Source: Candidatus Cloacimonadales bacterium | Lineage (GTDB): Bacteria; Cloacimonadota; Cloacimonadia; Cloacimonadales; JAFGVF01 | Assembly (NCBI GenBank): GCA_963667035.1 | Contig: OY762964.1 | Coordinates: forward strand, 2,688,001-2,752,000 | Reading direction: 5' to 3' | Length of the DNA: 64,000 nucleotides | Shown: piece after piece, positions 28,606 through 38,288 of the stretch | How the letters are laid out: each line of letters begins with the position of its first letter | Position numbering within the stretch: position 1 is the first letter of the stretch | Notes under the pieces: model-generated | The model's database searches: none | What the model was told of the DNA's origin: nothing | What the model saw: only the letters and a program-made list of their open reading frames with translations | Position numbers and translations under genes: made by a program

Positions 28606-31416
28606 ATGAAGAAAGCTCTAGTAATTGCAAGCATTTTTATCTTTGCTTGTAGTTTATTTGCTTTGGATTTCCAGCAAGATAACTACTCAACTCAAAGCTC
28701 TCAGTTGAATAACCGTTATGTTGAAGTCTCTTATTCAGAAGACTTCGAGAACGGTATGGGAGACTGGACAACATTTGATGGTACAGTTCCTGCTGGAATG
28801 TGGCGTACTTACGATTACAATGGTGAAATGGTCTGGTGGATGGGTGATGAATCTTTAGCCAGTGGTAACCATATTGGTGGTTACTTAGATCAGACTTATG
28901 TTGTTCTTGATACTCCGGCTTTCACTGTTGACGCAAACACATTAACATTTGATTTAAACTATGAAATCGAAACTCCAGGTGGAGAAGACCCTCCTTACAG
29001 TGGTTGGGATGGATGTAATGTAAGAATTTCTACAGACCAAGGTGCTACTTGGACTGTTATAAACCCTACAAGCCCTGCTTATAACTGTTCTGCTTTATTC
29101 TCTTTTGGTAGTATCCACGGAGAAGGCACAAGTATTGCAGGTTGGGGGGGATCATCTAACGGCTGGCAACAAGCTTCTGTCGATATGTCTTCTTATTTGA
29201 ACCAATCAGTTATGATTCGTTTTGCATTTGCTTCTGACGGTGCATATTGTACTTCAGATAACGCTAGCTTATTTGGTATGATGGTTGACAATATCTCTTG
29301 CGGAACTTTCAGTAATGATGCAAGCACTAATACAGGATTTGTTCCATCAAGCATGGTTCCATTAGGTGGAGACATTTGGAATGTTAGAACAAGTACTACC
29401 GCTCCATCAGGAAGCAATATTTTAGCTTGTGTTAGTGATAACAACCAATACCTTCCAAACTTATTAAACTATGTAATTAGTCCTACTATTACTCTTCCTG
29501 AAACAGGTGAGATTTGGGCTGATTTCAAGGTTAAAACAAACTTCAGAGACCCACAATCATCTGAAACTAATCCATCACTTTCCGTACTTGATTATTTCGG
29601 TTTTGAAATATCACCTGATAATGGATCTACATGGTATGCCATGAACAATCCTTATCATGAATCTAATATTCAGGATTATGTTTACACCGGACCGACAAAT
29701 GGCGGTTTAAGTGATTGGGGTTCAATGATTGATAGCTATTCTAGTATCAATGGTAGAATCGATGATTATGCAGGTCAAGACGTTAAATTCCGTATTTATT
29801 TCCGTTCAGATGCTGATACTCCTGGCGGAGATACAGATACTGACGGTTATGGTATTTTTGTTGATGACTTCACGATTTATAATGATATCTACTTACCTCA
29901 ACCTACCGGTATGAACGGTGAGTTTGATCAATCTACCGGTGTTAGTCTTAGTTGGAATGCTCCAGATGCAGCTTCTCCAATTGATATTACATATACAAAC
30001 GGTAGTTGGGCTAGCTATGTTAACGATTCTCAGCCTTATGCAATGAAGATTGAAAACACATATGATATAGCTTTACCACTGCATACAATTAATATTGCGA
30101 TGTATGATACAAGTTCAGAGTTTACTGGAACAGTAGATTTATATGTATATGAAGATTCAAATGGCGAACCTTCTACTACACCTCTTTTCACACTTGAAGA
30201 CCAAGGAAATATCCTTCACAATGAATGGACATCAGTTAATGTTTCTGAATTAGAGTATTCAGTTCCTGCCGGTGCAACTATTTGGGTTGCAGTTGGTGGT
30301 TTCGATACAACAACTCAAGGTCTGTTGTGTGATGATTCTTCTCCAACTTCTGGAAGTGCATGTTATACAAATGGAATGTGGGTTGATTTTAACGAGAGTT
30401 ATGAAACTTTAGTTAACTGTGGTATTAGTGCAACTTTACTTGTTCCTAATCCTGATGTTCCTGTAGCCGATGGCTACAATGTTTACCACTCACTTGATCA
30501 AGATTCTTGGTCAAATATTGGCAGTGTTACCGGAGCTACAACAACTTCTTATATCCATACAGCTCCAACAGCCGGTCAATATAACTATTATAGAGTGACA
30601 GCTTATTATGGAAACAATGAATCTGAAACTTCTAATACAGCTTCTGTATTCGTAATTACTGATGATTATGTATATCTTAATAACACAGACGGAACATCTG
30701 AAATGGGATATACTGTTGGTTTCAATAGCTCTATGGCAACGTATTTCGAGCATGACTATGTTCCTGAAATAGTTAACATAGGTGTTTATGTTGAAACATT
30801 AAACACAGCTCCGCTTGTAATCAGAATATATGATGATAATAATGGCGTTCCAGCAGATAATTATACATACCAGACAACTTATGCTAACGCATCAATTGTA
30901 GCTGGTCTTAATGAAATTGTTGCACCGGAAGGAATGAATGAACAAATTAGCGATATAGTTGACGACGGAAAATTCTGGATTGCTTTATTCGAATTTCCTA
31001 ATGCATCACCTATAGGAGTTGATACATCAGCATCCGGTAACTCTATGAAGAAATTAGGTACTGGTGCTTGGGAAGCAATTACAGAAGGAAATATTATCGT
31101 TCGTACTCTTGTACGTAATGGAACTCAAGATACTCAAGAAGTAGTTAATCCAACAATTCCAATGACAATTAATAACTACCCTAACCCATTCAATCCTGAA
31201 ACTACAATTAAGTATAATTTACCTACATCAGGTCAAACAACACTTAAGATTTATAATATGAAAGGTCAACTTGTTGATACTTTAGTTAACGAAAATCAAG
31301 CTCAAGGACCACAAGAAATTGTTTGGACAGCAGACAATCACACAAGTGGTGTTTATTTCTATAAACTAGAGAATGGCGGAAAAACAGTAGTTAATAAAAT
31401 GGTTCTTATGAAGTAA
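28606..31416 (+). CDS. Secreted modular protein (two beta-sandwich adhesin/InhA-like domains, FN3, FlgD-Ig/T9SS-like C-terminal domain)
   Basis: Signal peptide; two EDFE/ISxDxGxTW/RFxFxSD/G..VDxI modules; FN3 halves; NYPNPFNPETTI...KMVLMK C-terminus. Confidence 0.85.
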   Translation: MKKALVIASIFIFACSLFALDFQQDNYSTQSSQLNNRYVEVSYSEDFENGMGDWTTFDGTVPAGMWRTYDYNGEMVWWMGDESLASGNHIGGYLDQTYVVLDTPAFTVDANTLTFDLNYEIETPGGEDPPYSGWDGCNVRISTDQGATWTVINPTSPAYNCSALFSFGSIHGEGTSIAGWGGSSNGWQQASVDMSSYLNQSVMIRFAFASDGAYCTSDNASLFGMMVDNISCGTFSNDASTNTGFVPSSMVPLGGDIWNVRTSTTAPSGSNILACVSDNNQYLPNLLNYVISPTITLPETGEIWADFKVKTNFRDPQSSETNPSLSVLDYFGFEISPDNGSTWYAMNNPYHESNIQDYVYTGPTNGGLSDWGSMIDSYSSINGRIDDYAGQDVKFRIYFRSDADTPGGDTDTDGYGIFVDDFTIYNDIYLPQPTGMNGEFDQSTGVSLSWNAPDAASPIDITYTNGSWASYVNDSQPYAMKIENTYDIALPLHTINIAMYDTSSEFTGTVDLYVYEDSNGEPSTTPLFTLEDQGNILHNEWTSVNVSELEYSVPAGATIWVAVGGFDTTTQGLLCDDSSPTSGSACYTNGMWVDFNESYETLVNCGISATLLVPNPDVPVADGYNVYHSLDQDSWSNIGSVTGATTTSYIHTAPTAGQYNYYRVTAYYGNNESETSNTASVFVITDDYVYLNNTDGTSEMGYTVGFNSSMATYFEHDYVPEIVNIGVYVETLNTAPLVIRIYDDNNGVPADNYTYQTTYANASIVAGLNEIVAPEGMNEQISDIVDDGKFWIALFEFPNASPIGVDTSASGNSMKKLGTGAWEAITEGNIIVRTLVRNGTQDTQEVVNPTIPMTINNYPNPFNPETTIKYNLPTSGQTTLKIYNMKGQLVDTLVNENQAQGPQEIVWTADNHTSGVYFYKLENGGKTVVNKMVLMK

Positions 31417-31436
31417 CCATTCTATTATAGAATAAT

Positions 31437-31470
31437 AAAGGCTGATGAGTTATTCATCAGCTTTTTTTTT
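31437..31470 (+). terminator. Rho-independent terminator
   Basis: GCTGATGA-gttat-TCATCAGC followed by T9. Confidence 0.9.
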
Positions 31471-31478
31471 GTGTAACG

Positions 31479-31502
31479 AAAACCACCTGCTATGTAGGTG
31501 GT
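31479..31502. mobile_element. Orphan hairpin resembling an IS200/IS605-family end
   Basis: AAAACCACCTGC-TAT-GTAGGTGGT. No transposase nearby. Confidence 0.4.
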
Positions 31503-31600
31503 CATGATTCTATTTTGAAGAATTGATAATGTATGAAAAATAGCTTGCCACAATGAGCTTAATGAATCCTTAGTTTGGTACTAAACAAAGATAGGTATTT

Positions 31601-32497
31601 ATGAGTTCATTTTTTGTTAAAATCATACCGATTATATTAATATTTGCCACTGGTTATATCAGTAAGCTTATAGGTTTATTTAAAATCAAAGATGGCGATT
31701 TATTTCTTAAACTTGTTTTAAATATTACTCTACCGGCACTAATTATTGCAACTGCTCAGGATATTGTTTTCGAAAAGGAATACTTATATTTACCTGTAAT
31801 AGCAATAGCTGTGATTTTACTAACTGCTATTGTTGCTTATTTAAGTGGTAGATACTTGAAGCTTTCAAAGAGAGCTCTGGGAAGTTTTCTTTGTGGTTCA
31901 ATGATAATGAATACAGGATTTTGCTTACCCTTTTTTCAGGCCGTTATGGGTAACAAAGGTGTGCTTTTAGCTAATCTCTTTGATCTCGGTAACACATTCA
32001 TGATATATACTTTTATCTATTTGCATGCTGTTAAATTCGGTGATTCTGGAAATGGTAAGGCAGACTGGAAGAAACTTTTAAAGCTTCCTCCTTTATGGGG
32101 ATTGATTATAGGATTCGGACTAAGTTTTGTCGGTATTGGATTACCTGAAGTATTAGTAAAGTATTGCTATGATATAGGTTCTCCGACTACTCCCTTGATA
32201 ATGCTTTCTCTAGGCATTTATTTTCATCCTCAACCTGCAAGAATTCCTAAGGCTTTAGTCGCTGTTGCTATTAGAATGGGAGTAGGATTATTACTTGGAT
32301 ATATAGCAGTTAACTTATTAAACATAAATGGAATTGCAAGACCGATAATAATAATAAGTTGCGGGGCACCGATTGGATTCAATACTATAGTCTTTGCCAA
32401 TATGGAGGGGCTTGATAAAGAATTTGCTTCTACAATGGTCTCAATATCACTGATTTTAGGACTTGCTTTAGTACCTCTTTTTCTTTATCTTTTATAG
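31601..32497 (+). CDS. AEC (auxin efflux carrier) family transporter
   Basis: About 10 TM segments; TLPAL, NTGF..LP, P.LWGL..G, PL.M.SLG motifs. Confidence 0.85.
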   Translation: MSSFFVKIIPIILIFATGYISKLIGLFKIKDGDLFLKLVLNITLPALIIATAQDIVFEKEYLYLPVIAIAVILLTAIVAYLSGRYLKLSKRALGSFLCGSMIMNTGFCLPFFQAVMGNKGVLLANLFDLGNTFMIYTFIYLHAVKFGDSGNGKADWKKLLKLPPLWGLIIGFGLSFVGIGLPEVLVKYCYDIGSPTTPLIMLSLGIYFHPQPARIPKALVAVAIRMGVGLLLGYIAVNLLNINGIARPIIIISCGAPIGFNTIVFANMEGLDKEFASTMVSISLILGLALVPLFLYLL

Positions 32498-32543
32498 ACT
32501 GACTTAGTAATTAAGTAACATTTAAATTTTGTGAGGAGAAACA

Positions 32544-33461
32544 ATGAGACGACTAATATTTATTTTGCCTGTACTAGTTCTATTAGTAGCATGTAATAAA
32601 ACTGAGAGTTCTAAAGAGAGTATTTTTGTAAGTATATTACCTCAAAAGTATTTTGCTGATAGAATTGTTGGAGATCTGTTTGATGTTGAAGTAATGGTAG
32701 CTCCGGGAAGTAATCCTGCAACTTATGAACCTACCCCTCGTCAGATGAGTAAATTAGGTAGAAGTAAGCTCTTTTATGCTATTGGCGTGCCTTTCGAACA
32801 AGCTTGGATTCCAAAAATACAGAAGAATTATCCGGAATTGTTTATTGAAGACACATCAGTTAGTATCAGAAAAAGACCAATGGATGAATCTGCTTCTATA
32901 ACAGAAGAAGAGCATCATGATATTCACGAACAAGATGGACATCATGAGCATGGACATATCCATAAACCAGGGTCGAGAGATCCGCATGTATGGTTAGATC
33001 CTGAATATGCGAAAGTTATAAGTAGAACAATGTTCCAATCTCTTTCAAATAAGTATCCTGAACATAATGCAGAGTTTAAATCGAATTATGATTTGTTAGT
33101 TAAAGATCTTGATAGTTTATCGAATGACCTTGCTGAGGTGTTAGACGGAGTTGAGAGCAGAAATCTACTAGTATTCCATCCATCTTGGGGTTATTTAGCA
33201 GATAGATATGGGTTTCGACAGATTCCCATAGAGATTGACAACAGAAATCCAACAGCAAAAGAAACTGCTCAAACGGTTGAATTTGCTAAGCATAAAGAGA
33301 TTAAATATATTTTTATAAACAGCCAAGTCGATTCTTCTCAAGCAGAGAAAATTGCCGAAGAGATTGGTGCAAAAGTTATTTCTATAGATCCATTAGCTTA
33401 CGACTATATCGACAATCTAAAAAAAGTAGCTACAGTTATTTCAGGAAGAATTAGTGAGTAG
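32544..33461 (+). CDS. znuA: Zn/Mn ABC transporter substrate-binding lipoprotein
   Basis: Lipobox LVAC, PATYEPTP, His-rich loop, DPHVWLDP, HPSWGY. Confidence 0.9.
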   Translation: MRRLIFILPVLVLLVACNKTESSKESIFVSILPQKYFADRIVGDLFDVEVMVAPGSNPATYEPTPRQMSKLGRSKLFYAIGVPFEQAWIPKIQKNYPELFIEDTSVSIRKRPMDESASITEEEHHDIHEQDGHHEHGHIHKPGSRDPHVWLDPEYAKVISRTMFQSLSNKYPEHNAEFKSNYDLLVKDLDSLSNDLAEVLDGVESRNLLVFHPSWGYLADRYGFRQIPIEIDNRNPTAKETAQTVEFAKHKEIKYIFINSQVDSSQAEKIAEEIGAKVISIDPLAYDYIDNLKKVATVISGRISE

Positions 33462-34185
33462 GATTACTCCTGTTAGCTTCAAGAATGTTAGTTTTGCCTT
33501 CAAGAATAATCTGGTTCTCGAAGATGTCTCTTTCGAACTTGAAGAGAAAGACTTTGTAGCAATTGTTGGACCGAATGGTGGTGGTAAAACAACCTTAGTT
33601 AAGCTTATGCTTGGATTATTAGAAGTCGATAAGGGTGAAGTAAGAATATTAAATGAAAAGCCAACCAAAGTAAGTCAGAAGATTGGTTATGTTCCTCAGT
33701 TTTCATCATTTAACAAACAATATCCAATAACAGTTAAAGAGGTAGTATTGAGTGGTTCCTTGCATAGTAAGTCAATTCTACCGTATTACAGTAAGGATGA
33801 TAAAGAGAGAGCAAAGAGGCTTTTAGAGGAAATGAAAATTACTGCTTTAGGCAACAATCAGGTTAATGAGCTATCGGGAGGACAAATGCAAAGAATGCTT
33901 ATTGCACGAGCTATGATGACGAATCCTGATATTCTCATTCTTGATGAGCCCACAGCAAGTGTTGATATTGCCATGGAGATAGATATATTTGATCTATTGC
34001 ATAATCTAAACAAAGATAAAACTATATTAGTTGTATCTCATGACGTTAATTTTGTCAGTACTTTCGCCAACAAAGTCATTTGTCTAAACAGAAAACTTGT
34101 TATTCACTCTACTTCTGAATTAACTAAGTCTGATAGTAATACAGAACCAAGAACTACTGAAATATTTCATCATTGTCATTTGTAG
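33454..34185 (+). CDS. znuC: Zn/Mn ABC transporter ATPase
   Basis: GPNGGGKT, IGYVPQ, LSGGQ, LDEPT, VSHD. Confidence 0.9.
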   Translation: MSRITPVSFKNVSFAFKNNLVLEDVSFELEEKDFVAIVGPNGGGKTTLVKLMLGLLEVDKGEVRILNEKPTKVSQKIGYVPQFSSFNKQYPITVKEVVLSGSLHSKSILPYYSKDDKERAKRLLEEMKITALGNNQVNELSGGQMQRMLIARAMMTNPDILILDEPTASVDIAMEIDIFDLLHNLNKDKTILVVSHDVNFVSTFANKVICLNRKLVIHSTSELTKSDSNTEPRTTEIFHHCHL

Positions 34186-34191
34186 GAATCT

Positions 34192-35025
34192 ATGGAACAA
34201 CTCTTTTATGATATAACTCATTATAAGTTCCTGATCAATGCTATTCTCGCAAGCATATTTGCAAGCATTATACTAGGTTTACTTGGTCCGTTGATAGTAG
34301 TGAAACGAATCTCATCAATATGTGGCGGGATTGCTCATTCAGCACTAGGCGGTATTGGATTAGCAGTGTTTCTTGGTCTCTCTCCTGTAGTTGGGGCATC
34401 AGTTGCCTCGGTTGTTTCAGCTTTGATAATTAGCTATACTAAGCTTAAAGGGGCTCAACATGAAGAGATTATTATAAGTGTTTTGTGGTCACTGGGAATG
34501 GCTATAGGTCTTATTTTCATTGCATTAACTCCTGGTTATAAAGCTAATCTCATGACCTATCTCTTTGGTAATATCCTTCTGGTTACAGATTCAGAAATTA
34601 TTACCGGATTTATACTTAGTCTTAGTGTTTTTGTTGCAATATTCCTCTTTTATAGGCAATTTATAACGCTTACTTTTGATGAAGAGTTTACTTCTGTCAG
34701 AAGATTAGGTAAAGATAGTTTCTTTACATTGCTACTTCTGTTAGTTTCAATTGCAGTTGTAACACTTATAAAGATTACAGGAATGATATTAGTTATTGCT
34801 TTAATGACTCTTCCTTCGGCAACATCCCTTTTACTTGCAAATAAAATGAGTATTGTTATGCTGTTATCAGTCATATTGAGTCTTATTTATTGTCTATTGG
34901 GAATTGTAATGGGATACTTGCTTAATCTTCCTATTGGGGCAACAATTATAGTGATAAGTAGTCTTAGCTATTTTATTGTTTTGATTGTAAAAAAGATTCC
35001 ATATTTACAGGGAAGTAGATTGTAA
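34192..35025 (+). CDS. znuB: Zn/Mn ABC transporter permease
   Basis: ABC-3 motifs IAHSALGG, YLFGNIL, FDEEF. Confidence 0.9.
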   Translation: MEQLFYDITHYKFLINAILASIFASIILGLLGPLIVVKRISSICGGIAHSALGGIGLAVFLGLSPVVGASVASVVSALIISYTKLKGAQHEEIIISVLWSLGMAIGLIFIALTPGYKANLMTYLFGNILLVTDSEIITGFILSLSVFVAIFLFYRQFITLTFDEEFTSVRRLGKDSFFTLLLLLVSIAVVTLIKITGMILVIALMTLPSATSLLLANKMSIVMLLSVILSLIYCLLGIVMGYLLNLPIGATIIVISSLSYFIVLIVKKIPYLQGSRL

Positions 35026-36781
35026 ACTCTGAGCCTTTTCCTATTTCGCTTTTGACTTCTATTTTTCCGCCTGATTTTACAAGATAGTCATGGCTTAAGT
35101 ACAACCCAAGCCCTGCTCCTTTCTCAGCGTTTGTTCCATAAGTTGGCTTACTTTGTTCTAGTGTGAAAAGTTTACTGATTGCCTCTTGTGGCATACCAAT
35201 GCCATTATCCCTAATACTAATCTTTATAAAATCTTTTTCAGTCTTTTCTGTAATTGTAATATTTCCTTTATCGGGAGTAAACTTAATAGCATTTCTGAGA
35301 ATATTTCTTATGACAAGAGAAGGTACATTCTTATCTCCATATAAGAATAAATCCTTCTTAACAAGATTTTTAAGAGTTATATCTTTCTTCTCTATGAACG
35401 ACTTATTGAGTTCAACAATCGAATCAATAATCGGAAGTAGATTTATTTTCTCAATTGAAAACGAATCTTTCTGTAAGCTACTCTTACCCCATTGAAGAAG
35501 GTTATCAAGTAGAAACATTGTTGATTTTGTGTCATTGTAGAGTTCATCAATCAAAGTACTCATTTCCTTTGGAGTTGTTTCGTCTGTCATAAGCAACATC
35601 TCAAGAACTGAATACACGTTGTTGATTGGTCCTCTTAAATCATGAGCAATAACAGAATACAGTTTATCTCTAACAGCTATAGCATTAGCTAACTCTTCAT
35701 TTTTGATTTTATAAAGTTCTTTATCCATCTCATGTTCTTTAGTTTTATGCTTAACCTGTAATTCAGCTAACTTCTGCTGATGAAGTTTATTGTTATACTC
35801 ATCGTTAGCTATTTTTTGTTCTTTAAGATAGTGATATGCATTCTCATAGTCTTTTAGTTCTTCATAAGTTCTGGTAATAATCTCTAATGCTGTGTATATC
35901 AATTGAGTATAGGAAGAGGTTTTAGCCATCTCCAAACCACGGTTAGTTACTTCTAAGGTTTCTTTGTAGTTCTTTAACAGTAGATTACATTCTCCAAGGT
36001 TTACATAACTTCTAGCTAGAGACCTCATATCCTTAGAGTTCTTCTTAATCTCAATTGATTTTTCGAAATATTCCTTACTCATATGATAGTTGCCAAGTGA
36101 TGCTTCAATAATTCCCAGATTATTGTAAATATTGGCAATACCGCTATAGTCCTTTAATTCATTGAACTTTGATAATGCTTCAAGGTATAGTTGTTTGGCT
36201 TTATCATAATTATTAGTTCTGTTGTATATTGAACCAAGGTTTATGAGAATGTTGTTTATGAAGAGGGTTTTATTTTCATAGTCAATATCATTTATGTTTA
36301 AGAGGGTCTTCCCTTCATCAAAGCAAAGCTTGAACTGTTCTTCAGCATGTTTATAGTCATTTAAATAAAAATAGATTATCCCGAAATCATTCTTTATTAA
36401 TAGACTTATATATTTCTCTTTTGGAGGACACTTAGCTTGAGCTTTATAAAGGTTACTGAAAGAGTCTTCATAATTTGCTTGTTGGTATTCAACAACAGCC
36501 AGTTTCCTGTAAGACATAGCAATATGGGCATTCAATGTATCATCAATATCTTTTTGCTGTATTGCAAGATTCAGCAATTTATAAGCAAAATCGAATTTTG
36601 CATAAGATATCAACTCATCGGAGAAATCGTGTATAAGATACCAATATTCATTCTCGACGGCAATTTCTAATGCTTCGAGAATTTGTTTATATGCATCTTC
36701 AGGATGATCCACTAAGTTTTTTTTAGCAAAATCATAACAATTCTGAATAGCTTCATTGTCAAAGCTTCTTCTCATCCCCAT
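34973..36781 (-). CDS. TPR-repeat sensor histidine kinase (no TM helix)
   Basis: TPR motifs (NLG..Y); H-box AHDLRGP, N-box NAIKFT, DNGIGM, GAGLGL, GKGSEF. Confidence 0.9.
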   Translation of the reverse strand: MGMRRSFDNEAIQNCYDFAKKNLVDHPEDAYKQILEALEIAVENEYWYLIHDFSDELISYAKFDFAYKLLNLAIQQKDIDDTLNAHIAMSYRKLAVVEYQQANYEDSFSNLYKAQAKCPPKEKYISLLIKNDFGIIYFYLNDYKHAEEQFKLCFDEGKTLLNINDIDYENKTLFINNILINLGSIYNRTNNYDKAKQLYLEALSKFNELKDYSGIANIYNNLGIIEASLGNYHMSKEYFEKSIEIKKNSKDMRSLARSYVNLGECNLLLKNYKETLEVTNRGLEMAKTSSYTQLIYTALEIITRTYEELKDYENAYHYLKEQKIANDEYNNKLHQQKLAELQVKHKTKEHEMDKELYKIKNEELANAIAVRDKLYSVIAHDLRGPINNVYSVLEMLLMTDETTPKEMSTLIDELYNDTKSTMFLLDNLLQWGKSSLQKDSFSIEKINLLPIIDSIVELNKSFIEKKDITLKNLVKKDLFLYGDKNVPSLVIRNILRNAIKFTPDKGNITITEKTEKDFIKISIRDNGIGMPQEAISKLFTLEQSKPTYGTNAEKGAGLGLYLSHDYLVKSGGKIEVKSEIGKGSEFTIYFPVNMESFLQSKQ

Positions 36782-36800
36782 ATTTCCTTCCTGAAACAGA

Positions 36801-38150
36801 TTATTTCTTCTTTTCCAACTCCCTTAAAAGTTTCTCCTTACTAATATCGGGATGTTCAAGCCAAATCTCACGAGCTTGTTTTAAAAACTCCCCTATAAGC
36901 TCGCCTTCACTGATTTCAAATGTATTCATTATATCATGTCCACTGAGAGGAAACGGAGTATCATTATATTCTTCTTTTATTTTATCTAAACGTTTCCTAA
37001 TGAATTCGACTTGCCTAGGCATATTAAAATCAGTTGCATGAGATACATTATCAGCATGAACTAAATCGAGTAACTTGTCAATTAAATCCCCGATATGGTA
37101 GTAGATTTTTCTTAATGTTTTATTTGTCAAGTTTTCTGCTAGATACCCACTATTTTTGAATTTCATGTGATTCTTTATCAAATTACATACATTTACAATA
37201 AACTGCTTTGAGTATCTTAAATTGGTTAGCATTTCAAAGGCAATTTCAGCACTATAACTTTCATGTTTGTAAAAATGAATTCCTTTGCTATCCTCGGTTC
37301 TACTTTTGTACTTACCAACATCGTGTAGTAGTGCCCCCATTCTCGTTTCAAGATCAATCGGAGTATTTTCTACAACGACAACAGTGTGATTCCACACATC
37401 TCCAAAATGGTATTTGTTTTGCTCAAGATTTCTTAAATTCACTAAATCAGGAAGTATATATTTCATAACACCAGTATCCTGTAGTAAGTTAAGACCATAA
37501 CCAACGTTATCACCTATTAGTATCTTCGTTAATTCATCTTTAATTCTTTCTTTGGATATATATTCCAGTTTATCAACATGTTCTTTCATTCCAAACTCAG
37601 TATTGCTCTCTATTTTGTAATTGAATCTTGCAGCAAATCTGATAGCTCTCAATATTCTCAAGGGATCTTCAACAAATATAATTCCAGGGTCAGAAGTTGA
37701 TCTGATAATTCCTTCTTCTATATCGGAATACCCATATCCGCTAATATCAATAATCTCTCCGCTGACAACTTCTTGTAGTAACGAGTTAATAGTAAAATCT
37801 CTTCTATAGATATCATCTTCAATTGTACCTGCTTCAACATCCGGTTTTCTGGATTTATCTCTATAAGACTCTTTTCTAGCCATAACAAATTCAATTGAAT
37901 AGCCATTGATTTGAATCATTGATGTGCCGAAACTCTCAAATATAACTGGCTCGGAGCTAACACCTTTTTCATAAAGGTATTGTGAAAGAAGTACTCCTCC
38001 ATTTGGAATAGCTACAACAATATCCATGTCATTGGAAAGGTGTCCTTTATCCATTACTAAGTCTCTTACGTAACCACCAACAAGATATGTTTTCCCATCA
38101 AACTCAGTTCCAAGTATACATTTTTTGATTAGTTCTCTAATCTTATCCAA
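36801..38150 (-). CDS. cca: CCA-adding enzyme / poly(A) polymerase family nucleotidyltransferase with HD domain
   Basis: LVGGYVRD, DMD, RRDFTIN, EDPLRILRAIRF, LLHDVGK. Start moved to TTG 38150, downstream of AAAGGTGG. Confidence 0.85.
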   Translation of the reverse strand: MDKIRELIKKCILGTEFDGKTYLVGGYVRDLVMDKGHLSNDMDIVVAIPNGGVLLSQYLYEKGVSSEPVIFESFGTSMIQINGYSIEFVMARKESYRDKSRKPDVEAGTIEDDIYRRDFTINSLLQEVVSGEIIDISGYGYSDIEEGIIRSTSDPGIIFVEDPLRILRAIRFAARFNYKIESNTEFGMKEHVDKLEYISKERIKDELTKILIGDNVGYGLNLLQDTGVMKYILPDLVNLRNLEQNKYHFGDVWNHTVVVVENTPIDLETRMGALLHDVGKYKSRTEDSKGIHFYKHESYSAEIAFEMLTNLRYSKQFIVNVCNLIKNHMKFKNSGYLAENLTNKTLRKIYYHIGDLIDKLLDLVHADNVSHATDFNMPRQVEFIRKRLDKIKEEYNDTPFPLSGHDIMNTFEISEGELIGEFLKQAREIWLEHPDISKEKLLRELEKKK

Positions 38151-38288
38151 GATTCCACCTTTAAATAATTTATATTTATATAATAGGACAAGCTCAAATA
38201 AGTCAATGATAATTAACAAGAAAAGACTAGAATGAGAAAAGGAGTGAATGCAATTAGCAAGCACTCCTTAAAAAAATACACGGATTTA

